Shown here: in pieces, positions 10,501-19,606 of the stretch
Layout: every line of letters starts with the position of its first letter
How positions within the stretch are numbered: position 1 is the first letter of the stretch
Source: Peptococcaceae bacterium
Lineage (GTDB): Bacteria > Bacillota > Peptococcia > DRI-13 > PHAD01
Assembly: GCA_024655825.1 (NCBI GenBank)
Contig: JANLFJ010000001.1
Location: 111,497-175,496, forward strand
Length of the DNA stretch: 64,000 bases
Direction of reading: 5' to 3'
Translations under genes and position numbers: made by a program
The notes under the pieces: model-generated
The model's database searches: none
What the model saw: only the letters and a program-made list of their open reading frames with translations
What the model was told of the DNA's origin: nothing

Positions 10501-11894
10501 GGGACGATAGTCTTTCCCGTGGTGAATTCCATATCATGGTATTCATCGCATATTTCTACCAGGAGGGAAAAAGCCGAACGTTGCTGCAGCGATTTTCCGA
10601 CTGAAGACAACTTGTAGAGCATCCAGGTAGAAAGAGGGTGCAGGGGCCAACACCCTTCCCAAATAACCTTTTCAAACTTCATTTTGTTTAGCCAGAGTGA
10701 ATGATTTTTTATATCGGGAAACCATCGCTGCATTGCAGCCTGAATCAATTGGGGATCACCCGCGGAGGCGAGCCGAAGTTTTAACTCGCCGAGATTTTTT
10801 TTCTCTAAAAGAGATGCTATCAAGGTCTCCAAGTTAGTTGACAGTTTTGTCTTTCGTACCGAATCATAACGAGTAACATACCTGTTGACGTCCTCACGCA
10901 ACTCAGGGGCTACTCGGGAAATATAGGCTTTGAGTTCATATTGAATGAAACATAATAAAAATACGCGATCGGCGTTGGTCTGGATACATTCGAAAAGCTG
11001 CTGCAAAGCACCCGAGCCTGCCACATGAGGTTTCTGAACCGCAAATTCCATATAACGGCCAAACTCGTCAAAAATAATAAAGAGACCTGCGAAGGGTTTC
11101 CCCGGTCCACAATAGGTCTCCTTAGTGATCCGAATGAAATCATGTAATGATTCTTGGCTAACGGCATGAATAGGGGTTCCCATTTTCTGTTCATAAATAT
11201 TGCTGATTTTGCTAAAGGCATCTTCGTCCTGGCATTTTAATAAATCTATGATATCAGTAAAATTAATGTTTTCGCCAAAAAGCCTAACATAGTCTTGGCG
11301 CAAAGGCTCAAAAAATGATTCAGTAAAATGCAGCGCTGTTCGAAACCGCGGCCGGAGATTATCGAGGGGGGAGCTGTCTAATCCTTGTTCGTTTAATCGT
11401 GACAAGACTTGACGAATAATCTCATTACCCAAATCAAAGTCCTGCATGCCATTTAATGTTATTACCAAGAAAGGCTGTTCAATTGATTCTATAAGCTTAG
11501 TAATCTGCTGCCCGATTCTTGCATCGGTTGAGGAGATATTATTAATGATAGTTTTTGCCACCGTAGAATTTGGCATACTCAACAAGGAGGCTAGGGTTAA
11601 CCCCAGGTGAGATTTCCCGGTACCATAGCCTGCGATAGCCAAAGCAAAGGGGTCGCCTTCATTTTCGTTGAATAGATTCTTTAAAATATCGAGGGTAAAG
11701 CTGGCAGTATCAACCAGTTTATGTTCGCTGGATTCCAAGGCATCTTCTGAAATGCCATGATAATCAGGTCCATGAAAAATGAAATGCTGTGCCGCCTTAT
11801 TTGCCAAATCCCTATCGTGTTCAAACCAGCTTATCTGAACAGCTCCATTGAAAAGGAGATCTTTTCGAAAAGAAACAATATCCCGAAGTTTCAT
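7566..11894 (-). CDS. Large P-loop ATPase, BrxC/PglY/SspC-like, with a long coiled-coil-like C-terminal tail (paralog of the ORF at 24939-28331)
   Basis: The ORF track gives 7566..11930. I prefer the ATG at 11894 (MKLRDIV) because AGGAGG lies ~9 nt upstream, just after the preceding stop. Motifs: Walker A AGYGTGKSH, Walker B FIIFDEFGRY, LQQLFE, WPLHPLS. The last ~450 aa are E/K/L-rich. Confidence 0.6.
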   Translation of the reverse strand: MKLRDIVSFRKDLLFNGAVQISWFEHDRDLANKAAQHFIFHGPDYHGISEDALESSEHKLVDTASFTLDILKNLFNENEGDPFALAIAGYGTGKSHLGLTLASLLSMPNSTVAKTIINNISSTDARIGQQITKLIESIEQPFLVITLNGMQDFDLGNEIIRQVLSRLNEQGLDSSPLDNLRPRFRTALHFTESFFEPLRQDYVRLFGENINFTDIIDLLKCQDEDAFSKISNIYEQKMGTPIHAVSQESLHDFIRITKETYCGPGKPFAGLFIIFDEFGRYMEFAVQKPHVAGSGALQQLFECIQTNADRVFLLCFIQYELKAYISRVAPELREDVNRYVTRYDSVRKTKLSTNLETLIASLLEKKNLGELKLRLASAGDPQLIQAAMQRWFPDIKNHSLWLNKMKFEKVIWEGCWPLHPLSTWMLYKLSSVGKSLQQRSAFSLLVEICDEYHDMEFTTGKTIVPTDFCNEALISEFLASERYGQQGATASAYESVLYKYKHEFSPDDKRVLKAVLVSAKIGLKTDSKEDYLHAISMFSGIDFDSVAASVKVLELEYGVLEWNGLLNQYEISGEAVPRRNFLSYLKKRVEEIDAQTRSDIFCRNFLKWTNKDKYNTSFAESNKISTREWNYHISYSDVANLKSMIDYAVRTWQDAKEVNDNKGQLIYCYVGPESNLDVIKKMAIELIQSNLKQRGLNWESGIPLAVLFLHDSTGVFGEKVAEYWVLNEQLTDEESQKYGNYILDRKNIVEQEMLNLFSELERDRHILFATPKEIKTGRLSDMLFQLFDIVYYNRIPFPFDGFSTLRGNGPKDCQLFTRELFKGTLNRDWISACNQQQRNRAYDVLDESWGAIDDDGSIRLKPKNPAVRNIIEYLESELNTTCDTDDTKSMNLGEIMRVLCAPPYGCNIASAGLLLGLFIGKRRDIINLFFNNNTISLENWLSEALKGNYLSFSVLDATEVIKVSQKSISEWESLLNDWNMETLLLGKISFLKKAGELEKHLSIPPALYYKYAHLCDEARRAQRKIKEYDEQINTAIEKIERGKEKNDIGSLSWGTADLAELHEKMEVNTAQWHEEQIMEVKTRLENALLHLKRLFLKWLKNQTTYNIEELSKWKYMMINNIGGNLKKLGLHVEYDSLKKHVEYVENNVHFIHDVKTTAADIDKMIRNNIINDLTPIAVLKNWLEQVQVFALRLEEAKKNGHLVEGDLTEASYKLATFQKGCKEQLKKNKERTEKVYRIEKLFSLGEIANWRNEVALLITIYQGENKDIEDLNQVQKQLDLIEKHFAELDNMELNEAQFNATVEKCLNETLEFFADDTPPLDCYSIYEGLKEVISKKRKEIASEWVKRNLPRISEINQYNADIAIQTLERLRKAPQVLSIEQSIIVRDAIKTCEKRLDELEIEGLKVKFFSMSEENKRAFIMEIYDYFKNIIIEDKKMHRGLN

Positions 11895-11913
11895 GCCGGA
11901 TTGCCTCCTAATT

Positions 11914-12735
11914 TCAAGCCATATCATCAAAAATATGCAGCCATACTTCTTTGGCCGGAGCTTTTTTTTCGATAATCCAGGGGTGCATTTGGCGGTCGAT
12001 GGATAGGTAGTTTTTCAGTTCCACTTGTGCAAGAATATTCTCTACGTCCGGCTGATTCCATAGACAAATGTCAAACCACCGGGTAGTCTTATTAAAATCC
12101 GTTAAGGTCACTTGCGTTTGTCTTGGGAAAAATACCTCCATTAGCATTATGATAAACGCGGAGTATGGAAGCGCATAGGAAACATGGGAGGGGGCTTTTC
12201 TTCTTAAGACTTCCTCTCCCTTAACGTTCAAGATACCTGCTCTGGCAAGCGCGGCATCCTCAGTATAAGTAAGTATCAAGGGGCCTGTTCGGTCCTTGCC
12301 CGGACCACACGAACTGATCAAATATTCCTCAAGCTGCTGCTTGGTAAATGCTGTTCCTAAGACATTTCTGCCGACAGCGAATACCCTATGCCAGGCCAAC
12401 GCTCCGATGTCACTACGGCATAGGTTCATATGAACCAACCATTGAACCATCTCTTCGCTGAGATACTTATCTTCCCTATAGACAATTATCCCAAAATCCG
12501 TAAGCATTGGCTTTTTTGAAGCCTGTTTTTCTCCCTTTTCGATTGTAATTAAGCCCATCCCCCGGGCGTAATCAATTATCGCTGGTGTTTTCCCAGTAGA
12601 TTGGCCCATGGGAATACCGGTTTCCAAGGAAATTTCCTGTAATGTTCCTTCTTTTTTTTGGGCTGCAAAATCTAATAAAGCAGTTATTAAACGTCTTTCA
12701 GGGATAAAGGTCTTATGAAAGTTTATTGGCAACAC
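11914..12735 (-). CDS. Divergent DUF4007-like protein (putative wHTH), paralog of the ORF at 28338-29240
   Basis: 273-aa ORF with GTG start. Collinear with the 300-aa DUF4007-like protein: NFHKTFIPER vs GRHETFTPRY; TGKTPAIIDYARGMGLI vs GKNMVQSIRYWCLAFKLI; MVQWLVHMNL vs ASLWLLHWQL. Confidence 0.45.
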   Translation of the reverse strand: MLPINFHKTFIPERRLITALLDFAAQKKEGTLQEISLETGIPMGQSTGKTPAIIDYARGMGLITIEKGEKQASKKPMLTDFGIIVYREDKYLSEEMVQWLVHMNLCRSDIGALAWHRVFAVGRNVLGTAFTKQQLEEYLISSCGPGKDRTGPLILTYTEDAALARAGILNVKGEEVLRRKAPSHVSYALPYSAFIIMLMEVFFPRQTQVTLTDFNKTTRWFDICLWNQPDVENILAQVELKNYLSIDRQMHPWIIEKKAPAKEVWLHIFDDMA

Positions 12736-12752
12736 TATCGTCTTAAGCCCCT

Positions 12753-15700
12753 TTATAAACGGTTTTGAATCGCAGTAATCCTCACTTTGAAATGCTTGTT
12801 AACTTCCAAATTTCCCGTTTTTTCGTTTAAGTAATGACCCAGGAAATAGCACTCACCCCGTTTAAGCGAAGACAAACGAGATACCCACTCTTCATTCTTG
12901 TCCCCCGTAGCATCGGACAAAATACCTGCAAATGACTTGATTTCGGTATCTGCAGGCTTAAAAAAGAGTTTGCAGCTTGCCTGGAACAACCTGTCCCTTT
13001 CCTCTTTGCTTAAATTGCTCAATGTTTGCGTAGCAAGAATAAGACAAATGCCAAACTTACGTCCCTCGGTAAGAAACTGTCCCAAGGGACTTTCAAGCCG
13101 ATGGTCTAAATTCTGGATTTCATCAAGCACAATAATTCTGGGCTTATCCTGTTGTCCATTAGCCCGATAATACCAGTAGAGGTCAATTAAAGAGAATTCG
13201 GTAATCAAGCGTTGCGTGTCTTTGGAAAAGCCAGCCAATTGTATGATGTTGCATCGATTATTGGGGTCCGTAAACAGTCTTTCCCAGCTCTCTACATCTT
13301 CTTTTCCGAAAGGGTTCATATCAATAAAGGGTTGAATCTTATTAATCACTGTAGCAATTGAAGTAGCAACTGGTCCACCACTATCTCGAAGCCCATCTAA
13401 CTTATCCATCAGTTTGTAGAAATCAAATCTTTCATGATATTGTTCAATGCCCTCGCGAATGGCATTATACAGAGCTGATTTTTGCTGATCACCCAGGTTA
13501 TATACACTGGCAAATACGCCACTAACCCGATCGGCAGTATTAGACGGTTTTTCTTCTAATACAATATTATCAATGTAATCGCTCTGCTGTCGAAAAGGAT
13601 TTATCGGAAGGGGTTCTTTTCGGATAATATGCTGCTTGGGATTCAGTTTTTCAATAATAATCGGTTCCAATTGTTTTGTGGTAAACCCATTAGTGTAATC
13701 AACGATCAGGCTGTTTTGCTTATTCTTGGCCAATTCCCATAGCAAAGCCTGAATAGTGTAAGTCTTTCCGGTACCTGAAGCGCCAAATACCAAGATGTGA
13801 CGATTTGGCAGGTCGGAGTGCCCGAACTCCCAGTAAACCTCGCGGGTGGTGCCAATTACATTTCCCAGTAGTATTCTCTTTGGTATTTGTGCCATTGCAA
13901 CCTTATCTCCAGAAGCAACCGTCTTACCTGATAATACGACCTGATGGTTGTCGTTCTCTCCATCTTGTGGTTGGCTTGCTTGGCTCCCCTTGTCCATTTC
14001 CCCATCTGCCTTTTGCTTTGCATCATTTATATCGGTATCTTTATCTGTACGGCAGAAATTATACTCTAGTTTTGTTCCGCTATCTAACAATTCTCCTGCA
14101 GCATTCTCCAGGCATGCTTTTTTGATAAAATATTTTCCCGCAACTACTACCGGAATATTAATTTCCTGTCCATCCAGGCTAAAATTCCAGTCTGCAGCTG
14201 TACTTAAAGTATCACTATCAAAATCGGTCCAAATGGCCAGCACTGACGCTTGCCAGGTTATATCAAAGTAACCTTCGCTCAAGTGTTCTAACGCCATAAG
14301 GGTATCAGGATACCTATCCCTAGTGGTTTCGCCCTTACTGGCAATCAAACGATGGAGTTGCATCCACCAGTAACGCTGGTCGGGTTTGTCCTCTAGCCCC
14401 AACGGTTTTTTCACTTTATGCGGGCTAAAACACGGAACAAGTTTTTTAAGGCCATTCTCCAGCTGTTGACGCGCCTTTTCCAAATGCCCTTCGTTTTGTT
14501 GAGCAAGCTTGCATTCAATGAGCTGCGCGTCCACCTGTAAATACCTATCAACAACCCTGGCGTGCAAACGCAAAAGGTCTGGTCTCTTTCCATCTTCCAT
14601 GTCGTCAAACCAATGGGGGAAAGCATCCAAAGAAACCATTACATCACAGAATACGTTGGAATCACGTTTTAATAATTTTCTTGCCAATGCGTTGGCAATA
14701 AACTCCCGAACAAACCGTTGAGGGCCCGTTGCTTTAACCAATGATAGTCCTGCTATGTTGGCAGCTTCTTGAACAAGGTTGTCAGCCACTTGATTGGCAA
14801 TATTGATATCTAGGGGATTAAACAGCGTTGAAAGCTCATTGCTGATCCGTTTTTTAATATCCACCATTGAGAACTGTTCAGTCGATATTGTATAATTGTT
14901 TTCACCGCGTGGCCCAACCCCTGTGCCAAATCCGATAATGTCCCTGTTATGCTGGCTAATCCCGGTTTTCTTTAAAAGCAACGGTTCATCAACTGAGGGG
15001 TCTATACATACTACCCATCCACTGTGGCTATGGGCAGCATCAATAATTTCAATCCACGGTTTGAAGTCGCTCCTGCTCACTACTGCGTGATTCTTTATTT
15101 GCACAATACCTTTATTTTTCAGTCGGACCATTAATTCTGCATGCAATGAACAAAGCCTAAACCGTTGATTACTTAAGACCCTTTCCCGTTTAAAATCCTG
15201 ACCTCCTCCACTTTTCCGGCAAGATACTTTTTCTAAGATGGGAAACTTGCGGTAATCATTTTTTTGATATGAAACCTCACCGATTGGCTCAAAGTTGCTT
15301 GCTTCGGAATCAACAAATTCCGTAAATATCATCAGGTCCATTTCTGTTTCTTGCAAAAGCCTTTTAAACTGTTCATATTTATTGGAGCGGGATATGACCC
15401 GGTGGGAAATGGATAATAAACAGTTTTTATAATGACTCATACTGCTTGAGAATTCAGCTTGTTGCCAGCGGTTTTTCCAGGCGTTTAACCAGCGCATTAC
15501 GGTTGTGTCATCGCCGCTGTCGGAAAAGAGTATTAAGTGCAAGAAATACTGTTTTTCATCATTCTTAAGCCATCCGGAGAGAAAGCTGTCCAATCCGGTG
15601 ATAAGAGGCTGTATCTCCTTGCCGCAGTATGCGCCGACCGTAATACCATCTCGGGCAAATTCATGAAGATTAAGGTAATCTTGACATACTTGTTTGATTA

Positions 15701-17969
15701 ATGCAGAGGTCCGGGTTATGCGAAAAAGCTCCGTATCTGTTATTTCTTCGTCTTCATCCTCGTAGTCCATTAAAAGTCGGCTATTTAACATGGAGGTAGT
15801 TTCATTACATTTTCCGACAAGATGTATGTAGCCAAAATTCGCGGTATTGGTATTAAGTTTAAGATCATAGTTGCTCAAAATTCCAAGCAGAGGCCAGCGG
15901 ATTGTGGCCAAATCCACCAACCGATCCCAGTGTTTTTCTGCAAACAATTTATCGCCGGCTTCTTTTAAAGCTTGAACAATATAATAGCAGAAACTGTCAC
16001 ATAAATAAGTGTATTGATGCAAAATCATTTCTAACAAGGCGGGGTGCAGAGGCGTGACGATCCCTGCTTCCAGGTAAGTATCCCATATCCAATTATCATC
16101 CCCGACATAATTACTGCTAACAAACATGAATGTTTTAAGTAGTATCGGCCCGAAAATGCTGCTATTGGCATGCTCCAAATAGGCTTTGTAGGCGGAAGCG
16201 AGTTCGTCTTGCAAGTTGCTGAAACGATTTTCTAAGGCTGAATAAAACCCCTGCTGCCAGACTTCATTAAGAAATCGCTGATAACTTAGCGAGAGTTTTT
16301 GGAGAGAAGGAAAGACCACATCGTTATTAACCACCCCTTCTGTATTGATAAGGTCGATTATCCGGCAATCATTGGTTTTCAGCGCTGCTTCCAGTAAGCG
16401 AATGCATTCTTCTTCATCCCGTGCCATGAATATTTCCGGCAGATAGGGTATGGCATATGCAGGCAACACATTTCTACTATGCTTATATTCATCAAATGCC
16501 CATCGATAAAGGTGAAACAGCAAGCGAAGCGGATGGTTTTCCGGTATGACCCACTGGAATTCTTTTACGAACCGCGTCCCGTCAGAATCATTAAGCACAA
16601 CTTCAAACCGGAGAAAAGGTTCGGCTGTGCGTGTCTTCTCAAAGTTATTTGGTCCCGGCAGGAGTTCACACTTCAGATCAATGGCCTCTTCATCATTAAC
16701 TAAACATATACGCAATTTGTTCTTAAGGTATTCATTGATACCGCCCATTGTGACCCGGAGGAAAAGGGAGGCATCCTCATGTTCGTCGTTTTCCCCCGAA
16801 GCATTGAAATCATGCTTGAAAAGGAGGCTGTGTAAATAGATGCTCTCCAGCGTCTCCGGTATAAAACTTCCTTTTATTTTGCTCTCATTTTTATGCTCCT
16901 TTAGAGTTAACCACAAAGCCCGCAAAAACACCTCGGGCGGTACCCCTGTCAGCTTCGTAACCTTTGTTGGTCTTTCTTTTGATTCGGTTTTTTTAGGCTT
17001 ATACCCGAGTATTTTTTCATATAGGAAAATGAAATCTGTCTTGTATAGCCTTTCTTTGGCAGGTTCTGACCGGTTGTTGATATAGTCTAGTAACGCATCT
17101 AACAGTTCGTCCAAAGATTGGAAAGGACCAAGCTCATGAGATTCCGGTTCGGGTTTATTGGTGTCTTCTTTTAGTTTAGAAAGCTTCTGCACAATTTTTT
17201 CGCGTTCTTTTGAATCCAAAAACATGCTATAATTGAAAAATTCCAGAGCAGGAACAATGAAACGGCGGAAATCCCGCTTCTTAGCCACTTGTTCTAAGCC
17301 TGGCATGCAAGGAAGCTTAAAAAACGCCAGATTTTCAAGAATTAACCGGTAAGCGTCCCTTCCATTTGAAATCCCGCTGAAATCAATTGATTCCAGATAG
17401 TGGCTGATTCCAATAAGATCAGATAGCCCGTATTCGTATAGTGAAGCCAATAAATCTCCAATGGCTTGAAGATGGGTCTTGCTATCATCAAGGTTTATCC
17501 AGTCTTTCAAGGCCGCGTTTACCCATGTAATAAAAGATTTATTTAAACAGATTTCCCAGACTGCGGTTTGATCAAGGCGGAAAAAATCTGACAAACTCGC
17601 CTGATCATCGATGTCTTCATAACCGGCCATAACAATAAGCAAATTATCATCTTCAGGGTTTCTAATCTGGTTGCGGAAACTCGTGAGGTTGTTTCCCCAG
17701 TTGTACCACCCTTTATTGCATATACTTTGGAAATGGCTAAGATCTTGCGGATTATTATTCTCCTGCCACTTCTGTCCTAAGCGGTATGCAACGGCATAGC
17801 TCAACAAAATCCGTGGTTCAACTATTTTGTTGACTTTTTCCTCTAAATCAACGCCTATTGACCACAAAAGAACGGAAGGATATGACGGCAAGACATACCT
17901 ATACATGCCGCTCCTCCGAATGGCCGATTCTACAATATAATCCGAAATTGTATTTGCCAGGTGTTTCAT
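12753..17969 (-). CDS. 1738-aa protein with a C-terminal HerA/FtsK-type ATPase and an internal PD-ExK-like motif (DptH-like by size and position)
   Basis: Walker A FGASGTGKTY (Lys ~1402, nt ~13762-13785). Walker B RIIVLDEIQNL (nt ~13112-13140). TEGRKFGICLILATQ arginine-finger-like segment. RPD(1131)...LIE(1152)CK(1154) at nt 14508-14582. ATGA overlap with the upstream gene. Confidence 0.6.
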   Translation of the reverse strand: MKHLANTISDYIVESAIRRSGMYRYVLPSYPSVLLWSIGVDLEEKVNKIVEPRILLSYAVAYRLGQKWQENNNPQDLSHFQSICNKGWYNWGNNLTSFRNQIRNPEDDNLLIVMAGYEDIDDQASLSDFFRLDQTAVWEICLNKSFITWVNAALKDWINLDDSKTHLQAIGDLLASLYEYGLSDLIGISHYLESIDFSGISNGRDAYRLILENLAFFKLPCMPGLEQVAKKRDFRRFIVPALEFFNYSMFLDSKEREKIVQKLSKLKEDTNKPEPESHELGPFQSLDELLDALLDYINNRSEPAKERLYKTDFIFLYEKILGYKPKKTESKERPTKVTKLTGVPPEVFLRALWLTLKEHKNESKIKGSFIPETLESIYLHSLLFKHDFNASGENDEHEDASLFLRVTMGGINEYLKNKLRICLVNDEEAIDLKCELLPGPNNFEKTRTAEPFLRFEVVLNDSDGTRFVKEFQWVIPENHPLRLLFHLYRWAFDEYKHSRNVLPAYAIPYLPEIFMARDEEECIRLLEAALKTNDCRIIDLINTEGVVNNDVVFPSLQKLSLSYQRFLNEVWQQGFYSALENRFSNLQDELASAYKAYLEHANSSIFGPILLKTFMFVSSNYVGDDNWIWDTYLEAGIVTPLHPALLEMILHQYTYLCDSFCYYIVQALKEAGDKLFAEKHWDRLVDLATIRWPLLGILSNYDLKLNTNTANFGYIHLVGKCNETTSMLNSRLLMDYEDEDEEITDTELFRITRTSALIKQVCQDYLNLHEFARDGITVGAYCGKEIQPLITGLDSFLSGWLKNDEKQYFLHLILFSDSGDDTTVMRWLNAWKNRWQQAEFSSSMSHYKNCLLSISHRVISRSNKYEQFKRLLQETEMDLMIFTEFVDSEASNFEPIGEVSYQKNDYRKFPILEKVSCRKSGGGQDFKRERVLSNQRFRLCSLHAELMVRLKNKGIVQIKNHAVVSRSDFKPWIEIIDAAHSHSGWVVCIDPSVDEPLLLKKTGISQHNRDIIGFGTGVGPRGENNYTISTEQFSMVDIKKRISNELSTLFNPLDINIANQVADNLVQEAANIAGLSLVKATGPQRFVREFIANALARKLLKRDSNVFCDVMVSLDAFPHWFDDMEDGKRPDLLRLHARVVDRYLQVDAQLIECKLAQQNEGHLEKARQQLENGLKKLVPCFSPHKVKKPLGLEDKPDQRYWWMQLHRLIASKGETTRDRYPDTLMALEHLSEGYFDITWQASVLAIWTDFDSDTLSTAADWNFSLDGQEINIPVVVAGKYFIKKACLENAAGELLDSGTKLEYNFCRTDKDTDINDAKQKADGEMDKGSQASQPQDGENDNHQVVLSGKTVASGDKVAMAQIPKRILLGNVIGTTREVYWEFGHSDLPNRHILVFGASGTGKTYTIQALLWELAKNKQNSLIVDYTNGFTTKQLEPIIIEKLNPKQHIIRKEPLPINPFRQQSDYIDNIVLEEKPSNTADRVSGVFASVYNLGDQQKSALYNAIREGIEQYHERFDFYKLMDKLDGLRDSGGPVATSIATVINKIQPFIDMNPFGKEDVESWERLFTDPNNRCNIIQLAGFSKDTQRLITEFSLIDLYWYYRANGQQDKPRIIVLDEIQNLDHRLESPLGQFLTEGRKFGICLILATQTLSNLSKEERDRLFQASCKLFFKPADTEIKSFAGILSDATGDKNEEWVSRLSSLKRGECYFLGHYLNEKTGNLEVNKHFKVRITAIQNRL

Positions 17970-19606
17970 ATCCTGTTATCCCCCAAGTGTTTATTGCTCG
18001 AAATAAAAGGATTGCGCACGATTGACCAGTAATCCGAAAGTTGGGTTAAAAAACCTCCTGTTTGAAGCATATCATTCAGTACCATTTTTTGTGTAACATT
18101 CAATGGAGGTAGTCCACTCCACTGGAGGGCATCTTCCAGTTGCTCTCCCTCCACCGCAATTCCGTAATGGAGATATAACCGGTCTAAAAAATCTTTGTAA
18201 GTAATCCGTTCTCCCGGCTGTAAAAGGGCTACGACCAGATAACGCAATAGTCCTTGGGTCATCACAAAACGAACACCGCGTGTTCCTTTATAAGGAATGA
18301 TAATCCCCAACTTTTTACCTAAGGATATTAATAGCTTAAATGCATATCTGCTTTCAGCTTCTTTATATAACTCACTCTTTGTTTTATTGGCGCTTCTTTT
18401 CGCATTTTCTTGTAAATCTTCGTTCCATAAAGATTTTTGGATTAAAACCTGGATGGCCTGGAGATTATGTTGGGACAAATTGCGCTGTTGCGTGGTCGGA
18501 TTAGCTACGGTAAATATCCATGAATAACCAAGGGGGCATTTACATTTATTAGATATTCCGGCATATCTGACACTTTGGGCACAAATACTCCGCAAAACCT
18601 GTAAAACGCACCCCGTCATAAACAAGTTCAAGCGTTCAGTAGGATCAAGTGTAGAATCCATTAGGCGCTTCAATTCCACTGCAAAAAGGTAGCCCTCAGG
18701 CCAGCTGTCCTCCGGACACCACTCGCATTCAATCATTTGTTTCTTTTCATTTTTATTTGTTTTATTTGTCATACGATGTGTTTCAATATCAAGGTTTTCT
18801 ATGAAATCTACCAATTTGTCAAAAGGACTAGGCAGCACTCCATTCAACCGTGATAATCCTTGGCATAGATCCTGGTAAAGTTGTTGTATATCCGCTTCAG
18901 TTGGCGGAAACTCGTATTGGCTAGCCATATCATGAAGTTTTGCCTCATCGGTACGGAACACGTTACACAATTGCAGATAAAGCAATTCGCCGCCGCGAGC
19001 CATAAAATCTCTTTTGTTTGTACTGTAATAAAATATAAATCTATCATTAGTTGAAATCGTAGAAAACCAATCATCTGGAGCACAATTCTTAGCTTTGGAT
19101 TCGTTCCATATTGTTTCCTTAGTTAATAAGCTGGCCGAGATTGGATAAAACGCCTGGGCACACCATGCTCTGTTTAACCCGGCTCCTTGAAAACCCCGCA
19201 GAAACTCTTGCAGGCATTCGATCACTTCTTGAGTGCGCTCTTGATTACTCCGGATACTATTATTAAGCAAATCAATTAGCTCTTTAAAATGCTGTTTATG
19301 AACTTCGTGGCGGCCGTCGATTCGGCTAGCCCCAAGAAAAGCAAAAAGTTTAAGGTTCAGTTTTATAGGTGGCTTGTATTTTAGTGGCAGATTCACAGGC
19401 CAATTATCCAGTTCCTCTCTGGTTGGTAACGGGCTGTTTACAAGGTTTTTGCCAATCCACTTTGGGCTAAAGACTACTGATAAAAACTCGGCGGCATATT
19501 CAAGAATGGTTTGCTCTTTAATAAAACGGTGCCCATACAGGCGTATGGCTGGATTGTAATCCTCAGATACATCTATTTTTGGAAACGGCTGAGGCAATGG
19601 ACTCAT
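17966..19606 (-). CDS. 546-aa protein of unknown function (possible DptG analogue by position only)
   Basis: The ATG directly abuts the upstream TAG, and the stop overlaps the downstream ATG. I could read no catalytic motif. Confidence 0.3.
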   Translation of the reverse strand: MSPLPQPFPKIDVSEDYNPAIRLYGHRFIKEQTILEYAAEFLSVVFSPKWIGKNLVNSPLPTREELDNWPVNLPLKYKPPIKLNLKLFAFLGASRIDGRHEVHKQHFKELIDLLNNSIRSNQERTQEVIECLQEFLRGFQGAGLNRAWCAQAFYPISASLLTKETIWNESKAKNCAPDDWFSTISTNDRFIFYYSTNKRDFMARGGELLYLQLCNVFRTDEAKLHDMASQYEFPPTEADIQQLYQDLCQGLSRLNGVLPSPFDKLVDFIENLDIETHRMTNKTNKNEKKQMIECEWCPEDSWPEGYLFAVELKRLMDSTLDPTERLNLFMTGCVLQVLRSICAQSVRYAGISNKCKCPLGYSWIFTVANPTTQQRNLSQHNLQAIQVLIQKSLWNEDLQENAKRSANKTKSELYKEAESRYAFKLLISLGKKLGIIIPYKGTRGVRFVMTQGLLRYLVVALLQPGERITYKDFLDRLYLHYGIAVEGEQLEDALQWSGLPPLNVTQKMVLNDMLQTGGFLTQLSDYWSIVRNPFISSNKHLGDNRI

